A stretch of DNA of 64,000 bases from an uncultured Spirochaetota bacterium (GTDB taxonomy: Bacteria > Spirochaetota > Spirochaetia > SZUA-6 > Fen-1364): NCBI GenBank assembly GCA_963845535.1, contig CAWJSK010000015.1, forward strand, positions 64,001 through 128,000, given 5' to 3'. Below the pieces are notes generated by a model that saw only the letters and a program-made list of their open reading frames with translations, was not told the origin of the DNA and searched no databases. The translations under genes and the position numbers were made by a program. This document shows, piece after piece, positions 17,921-26,751 of this stretch. The first letter of the stretch is position 1, and each line of letters begins with the position of its first letter.

Positions 17921-18535
17921 ATGGACAGGAACAGCGAATTATACAAGGTTGGATTGGCGCTTCACGGGCACAAATGCCCGGCCATGCCTCTTGGCCTTCG
18001 TGCGGGTCTGGCGGCAATGGAGGCACTGGGAGTGCAACATGCCCCCGACGGTCAACTGAGCGCGCTCGTGGAAATGGATCGCAACCACTGCTCCACCTGC
18101 TTTGCGGACGGCGTACAGGTTGCGACAGGTTGCACCTTTGGCAAGGGGAACATAAGGAGCCTTGGGTACGGCAAGTTCGCCCTGACGTTGATCGACAACA
18201 AGACATCCCGCAGCGTGCGCGTTGTCCCGACGATAAAGACAATGCGCAGAAACCAGGAGTCCCAATTTCTCCAGCTTCGCAAGAAGGGAACGCCGGCGTC
18301 CCAGATCGACCCTGGCCTGGCAGAACCGATGATAGACACGGTGCTGAGCGACCCCGTGGAGACCCTGTTCACCGTGGAGCCGGTCAAGCAGGTGACGCTG
18401 CCCCAGATGCTGCCGCATGCTTTTGATACCATCATCTGCGCTGAGTGCGGAGAGATGGCGGTGGAACGCTACGCCCGCGTCAAGCATGGCAAGATTGTGT
18501 GCATGCCTTGCGCGGACAAAGTACAGAGTGCCTGA
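17921..18535 (+). CDS. FmdE family protein with C-terminal zinc finger
   Basis: LHGHKCP...CFADGVQVATGCTFGKGN; CAECGE...CMPC; start after GGAGGA. Confidence 0.9.
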   Translation: MDRNSELYKVGLALHGHKCPAMPLGLRAGLAAMEALGVQHAPDGQLSALVEMDRNHCSTCFADGVQVATGCTFGKGNIRSLGYGKFALTLIDNKTSRSVRVVPTIKTMRRNQESQFLQLRKKGTPASQIDPGLAEPMIDTVLSDPVETLFTVEPVKQVTLPQMLPHAFDTIICAECGEMAVERYARVKHGKIVCMPCADKVQSA

Positions 18536-18565
18536 TGAAGATCGCGGCAGGGTAGGAGTCCTCAC

Positions 18566-19330
18566 ATGGACGTGAAGGAATGCAACGCGCACGCGAGGGA
18601 GCTGAAAACCCTGCTCGGGCTGAGATCGGACCCGGTGGGCGTGATATTTGATGAAGGCGCGCGACCGGTGACGAACTCGGTCATTGTAACGGGTCATCGC
18701 TATTGCCAGGCTCTCATGAGAGCCCGCCGCGGTGAGGCCGTAAGCCTGGGGTCCGAGGGGATCGCCTGCCCCGCGGCCGCCCGCGCTTTCGGTTTCAAGG
18801 GACTGCCGGACGGGCTTCGCAACGGAAAGGGACTGGTCAGCTTCGGCATCGTCTCGAACCCGGATGTCGGGAGAGTGATGTTCGAACGCATGCCTCACCT
18901 GGAGGTAGGCAGGGTGAAGATGCTGCATTTGTTTCCGGCGGCCCTCGCCGAACGGGTACCTGACGTCATAGTTGTGGAGGATGAAGTCGAGCGCCTCATG
19001 TGGATCGCGCTTGCCGGTCTTCACGTGGCCGGCGGCGAAAGGGTCAGCAGTGACACGGCCGTGCTCCAAGCCGCATGCGTTGATGCAACCGTCATTCCCT
19101 TCCTCCAGGATCGGCTGAACATGAGCTTCGGCTGCTACGGCTGCCGGGACGCCACCGACGTTCATGCAGGGGAAGCTCTTATCGGTTTTCCGTCGCGCCT
19201 GCTCGGTCCGATAACGAGCCACCTTGACTATCTGAGCCGTAAGGCCATGCCGGAGTCCCGAGGGAAGGGGGCGTTTTCCCGATTGCGAAAACCTGCGCAA
19301 CAGGGGATCAGGGATGCAACAAAGGGATGA
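18566..19330 (+). CDS. DUF169 family protein
   Basis: LGLRSDPVGV, RYCQ, IACPAAARAFG, ACVD, SFGCYGCR. Confidence 0.85.
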   Translation: MDVKECNAHARELKTLLGLRSDPVGVIFDEGARPVTNSVIVTGHRYCQALMRARRGEAVSLGSEGIACPAAARAFGFKGLPDGLRNGKGLVSFGIVSNPDVGRVMFERMPHLEVGRVKMLHLFPAALAERVPDVIVVEDEVERLMWIALAGLHVAGGERVSSDTAVLQAACVDATVIPFLQDRLNMSFGCYGCRDATDVHAGEALIGFPSRLLGPITSHLDYLSRKAMPESRGKGAFSRLRKPAQQGIRDATKG

Positions 19331-20597
19331 CGTCGAGAGTCTCTTTGATCCGAGGGTGCCGGTAAGGAAAAAGACATTTCTCTCCGTGGGCATCGACGGA
19401 AGCATTACTCTTCCCGCTGGCCTGGCAAAACGATTTGGGCTATTGCCGGGAGCGCCTCTTTGTGTTGAAGAACTTGATCGGCACTTGCTCCTCCACAGGC
19501 CGATCACCAGCTTGAACAGGGTGTACATCGAGCCGACGAACGATTGCCCTTTTGTCTGCAAAACTTGCATGCGCCATTCTTGGAACGAGAAGTTGGGAAG
19601 GATGGACATGGGGGTTTTCGAACGAATCATGGATGGTCTGAAGGACTTCAGTCCGGTGCCTTCCGTATTTTTCGGGGGATATGGGGAGCCTCTCGTACAT
19701 CCAGATATCTTGGAGATGATCCAAAGGATCAAATCCCTGGGAGTCGAAGTGGAGCTCATCACCAATGGCTGGGCCCTGGATGAAGATACAATTCAACGGT
19801 TTGTCGCGCTCGGGCTTGACGCTATCTGGGTTTCATTGGATGGCGCGACCCCTGAATGCTATAGCGAGGTCCGGCAGACTCCCGCCCTGCCCGGAATTAT
19901 TGAGAGCCTTCGTCGCTTGAAATCCGTCAAATATGAAAGGGACACTCAAAAGCCGGCGTTGGGGATAGCCTTCGTCGTTATGAAAAGGAATCTGTCGGAG
20001 CTTGCCGATGTGATCAGTCTGGGGCTGCGCCTGGGCGCTTCGAAGTTTTCCGCAAGCAACGTCCAGCCCCACACCGAAGAGCTTCGCTCTGAAGTTCTCT
20101 TTGAAAAGATCCTTGGCCAGACGACGGGCGCTTTTTCCCTCATGGATCTGCCCCGTATGGACAGCGGCGGAGAATGGGACCACGATATTGCCAGGCTTCT
20201 GTCAGACTGCGGGTTGCATTTTGCGAATGGCCGGGCTTTCACGAGGTCCGAAGATACCTGTCCCTTTGTCGAGAAAGGGAGCGTGAGCGTCCGATGGGAT
20301 GGCCAGGTAAGCCCATGTCTCCCCCTCCTTCATTCGCATGATGCGTTTCTTGGCGATCGGAAGCGTCATATCAAGGAATTTGGACTTGCCTCAATAAGGG
20401 AGCGCAGCCTTCGGGATATCTGGGAAGAGCCTTCCTACCTCGCTTTTCGTTCCCGGCTTCAGAAGTTCGAATATCCTCCATGCACACGGTGCAATAGCTG
20501 CGATCTCCTTGACGGCAACCAGGAAGACTGTTTCCAAAATGATCCACCCGTCTGCGGAGGTTGCCTATGGGCTCAGGGATTCGTTCTTTGCCCCTGA
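19314..20597 (+). CDS. Radical SAM/SPASM protein resembling tungsten-oxidoreductase maturases, with N-terminal AbrB/SpoVT-like domain
   Basis: CPFVCKTC (CxxxCxxC), GGYGEP, and a Cys-rich tail CPF..SPC..CTRCNSC..EDC..CGGCLWAQG..CP. Confidence 0.8.
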   Translation: MQQRDDVESLFDPRVPVRKKTFLSVGIDGSITLPAGLAKRFGLLPGAPLCVEELDRHLLLHRPITSLNRVYIEPTNDCPFVCKTCMRHSWNEKLGRMDMGVFERIMDGLKDFSPVPSVFFGGYGEPLVHPDILEMIQRIKSLGVEVELITNGWALDEDTIQRFVALGLDAIWVSLDGATPECYSEVRQTPALPGIIESLRRLKSVKYERDTQKPALGIAFVVMKRNLSELADVISLGLRLGASKFSASNVQPHTEELRSEVLFEKILGQTTGAFSLMDLPRMDSGGEWDHDIARLLSDCGLHFANGRAFTRSEDTCPFVEKGSVSVRWDGQVSPCLPLLHSHDAFLGDRKRHIKEFGLASIRERSLRDIWEEPSYLAFRSRLQKFEYPPCTRCNSCDLLDGNQEDCFQNDPPVCGGCLWAQGFVLCP

Positions 20598-20618
20598 GCG
20601 AGTTTTGGAGGAAGGATC

Positions 20619-21011
20619 GTGAAAAGAATACTGCGCGGAGCGGCAATTGCTATGTCACTCGGGCTTGTCCTGGCCGGATGTACGAAAAGCGAAGGTTCTA
20701 AAGCGGAGGGAGCGGAATCCACGGGAAGCACGCTCGTCACTTTTGTCGAGCTTGGATCGGTCAACTGCATCCCGTGTAGAATGATGCAGCCGATAATGCG
20801 CGACATTGAAAACGAGTACCAGGGCCAGGTAAAGGTCGTGTTTCATGATGTCTGGACTGAGGAAGGCAAACCGTACGTCAAGCAATTTGGCGTTCGCGTA
20901 ATCCCTACGCAGGTGTTCCTCGACGCGAAGGGCGTTGAGTACTTCCGACATGAAGGGTTCTTCCCAAAGAAGCAGTTGGTCACGGTTCTCAAGGCAAAAG
21001 GGGTGAAATGA
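20619..21011 (+). CDS. Thioredoxin-family lipoprotein
   Basis: Lipobox LAGC, CIPC active site, IPTQVF. Confidence 0.88.
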   Translation: MKRILRGAAIAMSLGLVLAGCTKSEGSKAEGAESTGSTLVTFVELGSVNCIPCRMMQPIMRDIENEYQGQVKVVFHDVWTEEGKPYVKQFGVRVIPTQVFLDAKGVEYFRHEGFFPKKQLVTVLKAKGVK

Positions 21012-21709
21012 CCTTGATCGCGTCTGTTTTCACCGCGGTAACCGGCTGGTTCGAGGCCTCGATCGGCATCGCACTAGGTGCGGCGTTTCTCTGGGGCGTC
21101 TGTTCGGTGGTCTTGTCTCCCTGCCACGTCGCAAGCGTTCCGCTTGCCATCGGGTACGTGAACGGGAGGGGAAGAACCTCGCAGAAGGCAGCACTTCTGC
21201 TTTCCCTGGCCTTCGCCCTGGGCATCCTGGTCGCCATCGCGGCGGTCGGAAGCGTCACCGCCGCTTTCGGAAGGATGCTCGGCGATCTCGGGGGGCTGAA
21301 GTACGCGGTGGCCCTTATATTCGCGGTGGTCGGTTTGTGGCTCATGGGAGTCATCCGGTTGCCGGATTTGAGCTTGAAGAACAACGTTCGGCTGCAAGGG
21401 CGTGGCGTGGCAGGGGCTCTTTCGCTGGGTCTCCTCTTTGGTCTTGCCCTTGGTCCCTGCTCATTCGGGTTCATGATGCCGCTGCTCGCGGTAGCTTTCC
21501 AGAACGCCTCCACTCATCCGCTCGTTGCGGCCGGGCTCGTTGGCTTCTACGCGCTTGGCCACACGGCGGTGATCGTTGCAGCGGGGACCTTTACGAACCT
21601 TGTTCAGCGCTGGCTGGACTGGAACGAACGATCATCGGGCACAAAGATCGTTCGCATTGTCTGTGGATCGCTTGTAATCCTGGCGGGATTCGCCGTAGTC
21701 CTGTCTTGA
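21008..21709 (+). CDS. CcdA/DsbD-type thiol-disulfide transporter
   Basis: LSPCH and LGPCS motifs, about 6 TM helices. Confidence 0.88.
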   Translation: MTLIASVFTAVTGWFEASIGIALGAAFLWGVCSVVLSPCHVASVPLAIGYVNGRGRTSQKAALLLSLAFALGILVAIAAVGSVTAAFGRMLGDLGGLKYAVALIFAVVGLWLMGVIRLPDLSLKNNVRLQGRGVAGALSLGLLFGLALGPCSFGFMMPLLAVAFQNASTHPLVAAGLVGFYALGHTAVIVAAGTFTNLVQRWLDWNERSSGTKIVRIVCGSLVILAGFAVVLS

Positions 21710-21769
21710 AAGCGGAATCGGGGCAAGGTGTGGGTGTTCGGCCGCGAATTTCTGGAGTAGCTTTGATCC

Positions 21770-22093
21770 ATGACCATTCGCATCATGACATTCGAGGGAT
21801 GCCCCAATTGTAACGCAACCAGGAGCCTTGTCGAAAAAACCGTAAGAGAGCTGCGCCTGCAGGCGGACATCGAAAACATCCAGGTGCGCAACGAGGATGA
21901 AGCTCACCGCTACGGCTTTCTCGGGTCCCCAACGGTCCAGGTCGACGGCCATGACATCGAAACAAGCAGGCGGAAGGAGACGGCATCCTTTTCCTGCCGC
22001 GTCTATCGGACTCCCTACGGCGTCACAGGAGTGCCGCCGAAGGATCTCCTTGTGGATGCCCTGAGAAAAGCAAAACAGACTGACCCTTCATGA
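21770..22093 (+). CDS. Thioredoxin-like protein (CxxC...GSPT...CRVY type)
   Basis: FEGCPNC, FLGSPTVQVDG, SCRVY. Confidence 0.78.
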   Translation: MTIRIMTFEGCPNCNATRSLVEKTVRELRLQADIENIQVRNEDEAHRYGFLGSPTVQVDGHDIETSRRKETASFSCRVYRTPYGVTGVPPKDLLVDALRKAKQTDPS

Positions 22094-22166
22094 CCTGTTT
22101 GAGGGCAGCATGTGTCCTCCTTCCAAGCCGTGGGTCGACTGTTCGAGTCGGGCTGGACGCACGAGA

Positions 22167-22211
22167 CTTTGATCCAGATCAAAGAGCCAGCGGCAGGTAT
22201 TCTGCTATCCT
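22167..22211 (+). promoter_or_regulatory. FNR/DNR/HcpR-type box TTGAT-N4-ATCAA with extended -10 upstream of hcp
   Basis: CTTTGAT-CCAG-ATCAAAG at 22167-22184; TGcTATCCT at 22203-22211, class II spacing. Confidence 0.8.
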
Positions 22212-22253
22212 GCAATCCCAGGTCGGGAAACTCTTGTTTTTTGGAGGATCGCG

Positions 22254-23897
22254 ATGTTTTGCTACCAGTGTGAACAGACTTCCGGCGGCGCCGGGTGTGA
22301 AGTGAGCGGCGTGTGCGGCAAGAAGCCTGACGTTGCCGCCCTTCAGGATCTGATCGTGTACCAACTCAAGGGAATTGGCTGGCTGGCTCACCAGGTCTAT
22401 GGAGTTGGTGCCTCTCCCCGGGAGGCTTTTCATGCCGAAGTCTGCCGCTACACGGTTGAGGCGCTTTTCACCACCGTAACCAACGTCAACTTCGATCCAG
22501 AGAGGCTTGTTGAAGTCATTAGCCAGGGCAAGCAGATTCGAGGCGAGCTGTCCGAGGTGTGCAGGCACGCGCGCGCGCTTGACTCATTCCCGCAAGCCGC
22601 ACAGTACACGCCTCCCATCGATAGCGCGGAAATGGTGAAGGAAGGGAGCGCACGGGGAGTTCTTGCTGACAGCCAGGATGAGGACATCCGATCCCTCCGC
22701 CAGCTTCTGGTGTACGGCCTTAAAGGCATGGCAGCGTACGCCGATCACGCCCTGATTCTGGGGAAAACGGATGATTCCATTTTCGCTTTCATGCACGAGG
22801 CTCTTGCGGCTCTTGCTTTGGAAGGAAAAAACCAACCGGGAATTGAAGAGCTTGTCGGTTTGTGCATGCGGTGCGGAGAGGTGAACGTGCGAGCAATGGC
22901 CTTGTTGGATGAAGCGCACACCTCGCACTTCGGACATCCCGCTCCGGCCGCTGTGTCCACGGGCACACGCAAGGGGCCGGCCATCGTGGTGAGCGGGCAC
23001 GACTTGCTCGACATCGAGGCGCTGCTCGAGCAGACGCAAGGCACGGGCGTGAATGTCTATACTCATGGGGAGATGCTTCCCGCCCACGGCTACCCCGGGC
23101 TGCGGAAGTTCTCTCACCTTGCGGGACATTTCGGGACCGCCTGGCAGAACCAGCAAAAGGAGTTCGACGGCCAACCCGCCGCATTCCTGTTCACGACCAA
23201 CTGCATTCAAAAGCCGCGGGAATCCTATAAAGACAGAGTCTTCACGACCGGCCTCGTGGCTTTCCCGGGTGTGGCCCACGCGAAGAACCGGGACTTTTCG
23301 GCAATCATCGAAAGAGCGAAAGCCCTGGGCGGGTTCTCCGAGACAAAAGGAATTACCCTGACTACGGGATTCGGACACAACGCTGTGCTCTCCGTTGCGG
23401 ACAAGGTGGTTGCTGCTGTAAAGAGCGGAGCCATCAGGAGGTTCTTTCTTGTCGGAGGGTGTGACGGGGCAAAGCCGGGCCGCAACTACTACACAGAGCT
23501 TGCGGAGAAAGCGCCCAAGGACACGGTCATCCTGACGCTGGCTTGTGGCAAGTTCCGCCTCAACCACCTGGAGCTTGGAAGCATCAACGGCATCCCGCGC
23601 CTTCTGGACGTGGGCCAGTGCAACGATGCTTACTCCGCGGTGGTCATTGCCCAGGCGCTGGCCAAGGCCTTTGGCTGCGGGTTGAATGATCTTCCGCTCA
23701 ATCTGATTCTCTCCTGGTACGAGCAGAAGGCCGTCGTCATTCTCCTCTCCCTGCTCTCTCTCGGGATCAAAGGGATTCGCATCGGGCCAAGCCTGCCGGC
23801 TTTCATCTCACCGAACATCCTGAAGTTCCTGGTGGAGAAGTTCGATCTCAAGCCGATCGGCACGGCGGAAGGGGACCTGCAGGCAATCCTGGCCTGA
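22254..23897 (+). CDS. hcp: Hybrid cluster protein (hydroxylamine reductase)
   Basis: MFCYQCEQT..C..VCGK, VSGHDL, YTHGEMLPAH, GGCDG, LACGK, GQCND, WYEQKA. Confidence 0.97.
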   Translation: MFCYQCEQTSGGAGCEVSGVCGKKPDVAALQDLIVYQLKGIGWLAHQVYGVGASPREAFHAEVCRYTVEALFTTVTNVNFDPERLVEVISQGKQIRGELSEVCRHARALDSFPQAAQYTPPIDSAEMVKEGSARGVLADSQDEDIRSLRQLLVYGLKGMAAYADHALILGKTDDSIFAFMHEALAALALEGKNQPGIEELVGLCMRCGEVNVRAMALLDEAHTSHFGHPAPAAVSTGTRKGPAIVVSGHDLLDIEALLEQTQGTGVNVYTHGEMLPAHGYPGLRKFSHLAGHFGTAWQNQQKEFDGQPAAFLFTTNCIQKPRESYKDRVFTTGLVAFPGVAHAKNRDFSAIIERAKALGGFSETKGITLTTGFGHNAVLSVADKVVAAVKSGAIRRFFLVGGCDGAKPGRNYYTELAEKAPKDTVILTLACGKFRLNHLELGSINGIPRLLDVGQCNDAYSAVVIAQALAKAFGCGLNDLPLNLILSWYEQKAVVILLSLLSLGIKGIRIGPSLPAFISPNILKFLVEKFDLKPIGTAEGDLQAILA

Positions 23898-23911
23898 CGC
23901 GCTCGCCGCTG

Positions 23912-25793
23912 CTACGGATTCCTTATCAAGGGAGGCTGCGACTGCGGCGTTGCAGGGACAGGTCGTGGTGGTCGGCTGGCCTGCGGTGGTCGGCTGGCCT
24001 GCGGTGGTCGGCTGGCCTGCGGTGGTCGGCTGGCCTGCGGCGGTCGGCTGGCCTGCGGACGCCTCAAAGGCTGCATGGGAGCCGCTGGTTGCCGCACTGT
24101 CGGTTGCAGGGGCGCCACGCCTTGGCCCGAAGGGCGCGGAACGACTCGGGGAATATCTTGCGGCGGGTCCTTTTTGGAATCCAGTCGAAGAACGAGGTGG
24201 CTGGTTTCCTCCTGCATTCCCTCGAAGCGCGGGAGCAGGCTGTCCGGTTCCCGTTCTCTGATATCCCGGAGTCACGACTCTTGCTTGCGGAGGCGCAGCA
24301 GGAGCCGATTGCCTCAAGCCCGTCATTGTTCTTGCGTCAAGAGGTTGGCCAGGGTGAGCCGAGAGGGCCTGCTGACGTGATTCGAAAGGCACCGACTGGG
24401 GTGGCGGAGTCAGCCGGGCCATCACCGGCCGGGACGTCGCCCAAACCGGAGGCTTGGCAACTGAGCCGGGACGCGCAGCGTTCCCAAGGACGCTTTGTCT
24501 CTGTGGAACCAGCGGCGCGACAGCCCCGCGGACCGGTGCTTGGACGAACTCACTGGTGGGGACCTGCAACGCGGCTTGCGACGTCGGCAGTCCTCGCACA
24601 AAAGTGTCACTTGGCACGACAGTCACAGCGCCAGGAACATCACGGTTCACATAATTGAAGTGCTGAACATCAATGTTGTGCAGACGAGCCCGGTCGCTGC
24701 GGTAAGGAGGGATGTAAGGCTCGTGCGGACCAAGAGGGAACCAGCCGACGCTCTCGCCTGAGGCCTGATGAGGACGCCAACCTGAGCCGCCAACGAATGT
24801 CACGAGCGCTGGCGCATAGACCGGATGACCAATATGAGCCCCTGGAACCCATACCCAGGCGTTGTTGCGGGAGGCCCAGCGGCCATAATGGAAAGGCGCA
24901 AAGCCCCATGGAGCATCATCGATCCAGGTCCAGCCCCAGGGATCAACCCAGGCCCAGTGCCCGAAGCGGTACGGTGCCCATCCTACAGTCACTAACGGCG
25001 CCCAGACGGGCCCAAGATCGGGGTCAACGCTCCAGGTCCCGTTCTGATCCAGGTCCGCGACTCCATCGACCTGGTCAGGAGAGACATACTGAGCTGAGGC
25101 AATGTGGTCTTCCTGCTGGTCCCGGGCCTGACACCACAGGTCCCAATCGTCAGGAGAAGGGGCGCTTGCGACCTGATACGCGGGAGAATCGGTACCGGTG
25201 ATTGTGACCGCTTGCTGCTGCCGCAGGGGGAATACCGAGCTGCCAGCCGTTACTTCAATCTCGCCAGAGCGCGCCGTGACGGTTGTGTCGCCGCTCTGCT
25301 GGACGTCGAATCGATACGAGCCGGCGCGAAGGAGCGAAAGGCTTGCGTTGGGGGTATCTATCTCGATTTCTTCCGTCGGACCCATGGCACGGAGACGGAT
25401 GTTCAGCGACCCGGTTGACAGTCGGATCTGAATTGTTTGATCGTCCAGATTCAGGAAGGAGATCTCCGTGTTCGATGCAAGTCGGATGGCGGTTGAGCCC
25501 ACGTGGACCTCGGCCTGTCCATCCTGGTCTGCCCACAGATGGTCCCCGATCGTCAGGGGATAGTTCAAGGTTGCAGAAGCCCAATCGTTGAGGCTTTCCG
25601 GACGAAACGAGACTGTGCCGCTGATATAGTTCAGACGACCCACTCGACTTGGAGGATTGCTGACCACCGTTGCAGTCTCAGGGGTGACAGCGACCCCCGG
25701 AGCATTGCTCGTGGCATTTTCAGACGCACCGCCTGCGAGCAGGAGACTCACAGGTACAAGTGAAAACCACAAGATCCAAGGTAGCGTCTTCAT
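23912..25793 (-). CDS. Secreted FecR/DUF6600-type protein with Pro/Gln-rich tail (probable frameshift near 24170-24240)
   Basis: Signal peptide; PSRVGRL..GTVSF..NYPLT.GD.LW; WAPYRFGHW..PWGWTW.DDAPWGFAPFHYGRW; the alternative frame gives an ASRPPQ tail ending at 23912. Confidence 0.8.
23968..24057 (+). repeat. Tandem repeat, 18 bp x5 (GTGGTCGGCTGGCCTGCG)
   Basis: Four identical units plus one with a single change; no spacers. Confidence 0.95.
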
Positions 25794-26043
25794 ACGCACC
25801 TCCTCAGGTGCTCGCTCTCATTCACGTCGCGCTTACTTGTCGAGGAGAAGAGGGGGCACGAGTCTCGCTCGGTTGAGTTCATGATAGTGCTCGTCTTTTC
25901 CATTATCAATAGATGGAAGATTAAGAAGGGATAAAAATCGGTTATCTGACGTTCAAGCTTTAACAAGCCCCTTTCGTCGTTGCTTCGGAGATTCTCATCC
26001 CATCCCTTCCACTCTTGGAGCCTTCAGTGGCTTTCAAGCTGCT

Positions 26044-26517
26044 CTATCTCTTGAGCTTCTCCACTGCCGAAAGAACAGTCCCCAGAGCCTTTGAGAAGCG
26101 CGATTTTTCGGAAGTGCTGAGCTGAGTCAGCCTTTTGCAAAGGAAATCGATTCTTATAGCCAACGCTGAGTTTACAAGAGTGAAGCCCGGGTCGGTTAGC
26201 TCGTAGAATACATTTCTGCGATCTTCCGGGTCGCCGTTGCGGCTGACAAGACCGCTTTGCACAAGCTGGTTCAGCATGATGCATTGGCTCGAAGGGGTAA
26301 GGCCGTCGTATGCGGCAAGAGACTTCAGCTGGCTCTTTCCCAGGAAGCGAAGGGCCGCGAGACAGCGAAGCTTTTCCTCGTTCAATCCCTTTTCCGAAAA
26401 AGGCGGGAGCTCTTCGCGAACGTAGCGCTTCATGGCCCTGAAAAGCTCGAGGAAACCGCTTGCAATCTCCTTGTCGCTTCGGGAGCTTTCACGCGCTTTT
26501 TTCCTCAATGTCTGCAT
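26044..26517 (-). CDS. MarR family regulator
   Basis: LVQSGLVSRNGDPEDRRNVFYELTDPG wing motif. Confidence 0.88.
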   Translation of the reverse strand: MQTLRKKARESSRSDKEIASGFLELFRAMKRYVREELPPFSEKGLNEEKLRCLAALRFLGKSQLKSLAAYDGLTPSSQCIMLNQLVQSGLVSRNGDPEDRRNVFYELTDPGFTLVNSALAIRIDFLCKRLTQLSTSEKSRFSKALGTVLSAVEKLKR

Positions 26518-26554
26518 CACGCCTCCCCTGCGTCCGACAGGGACTCTTCTCACA

Positions 26555-26657
26555 ATTATTTGACTCTAAAATTAATTTATCATTAAATAATCTGGAGTGC
26601 AAGAGAGATGTGCTTGCAAGAAAATTCATTTTATACTAAATTAATTTTAAGATTAAA
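26555..26657. promoter_or_regulatory. AT-rich divergent promoter region with mirrored TAAAATTAATTTA / TAAATTAATTTTA sites (candidate MarR operators)
   Basis: Sites at 26567-26579 and 26637-26649 are reverse complements of each other. Confidence 0.6.
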
Positions 26658-26751
26658 CATTGAGAGCAGATACGACAAGCCTTGGAATAGCCGCTGCCTG
26701 CGCGCATGGATGGCTCATGACTGACAGACCAAGGAAAGGTACGGCAAGACT

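Noticed and set aside
17939..19765. 608-aa minus-strand ORF
   Set aside because: Antisense shadow of FmdE/DUF169/rSAM with no recognisable motifs.
21770..22093. Selenoprotein form of the thioredoxin-like protein
   Set aside because: All redox positions are Cys codons; there is no in-frame TGA.
1..24000. Defined mobile element (ICE/transposon) carrying the metal island
   Set aside because: No integrase, transposase, tRNA or att-like ends are visible in the window; only a mosaic composition.
23968..24057. CRISPR array
   Set aside because: Contiguous 18-bp units without spacers, inside a coding tail, and no cas genes.
23808..24170. AGQPTT-repeat C-terminus given by ORF 23808..25799
   Set aside because: It overlaps the hcp 3' end by 90 bp. 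The alternative frame (ASRPPQ, stop at 23912) is Pro/Gln-rich like the paralog and avoids the overlap. Not proven.
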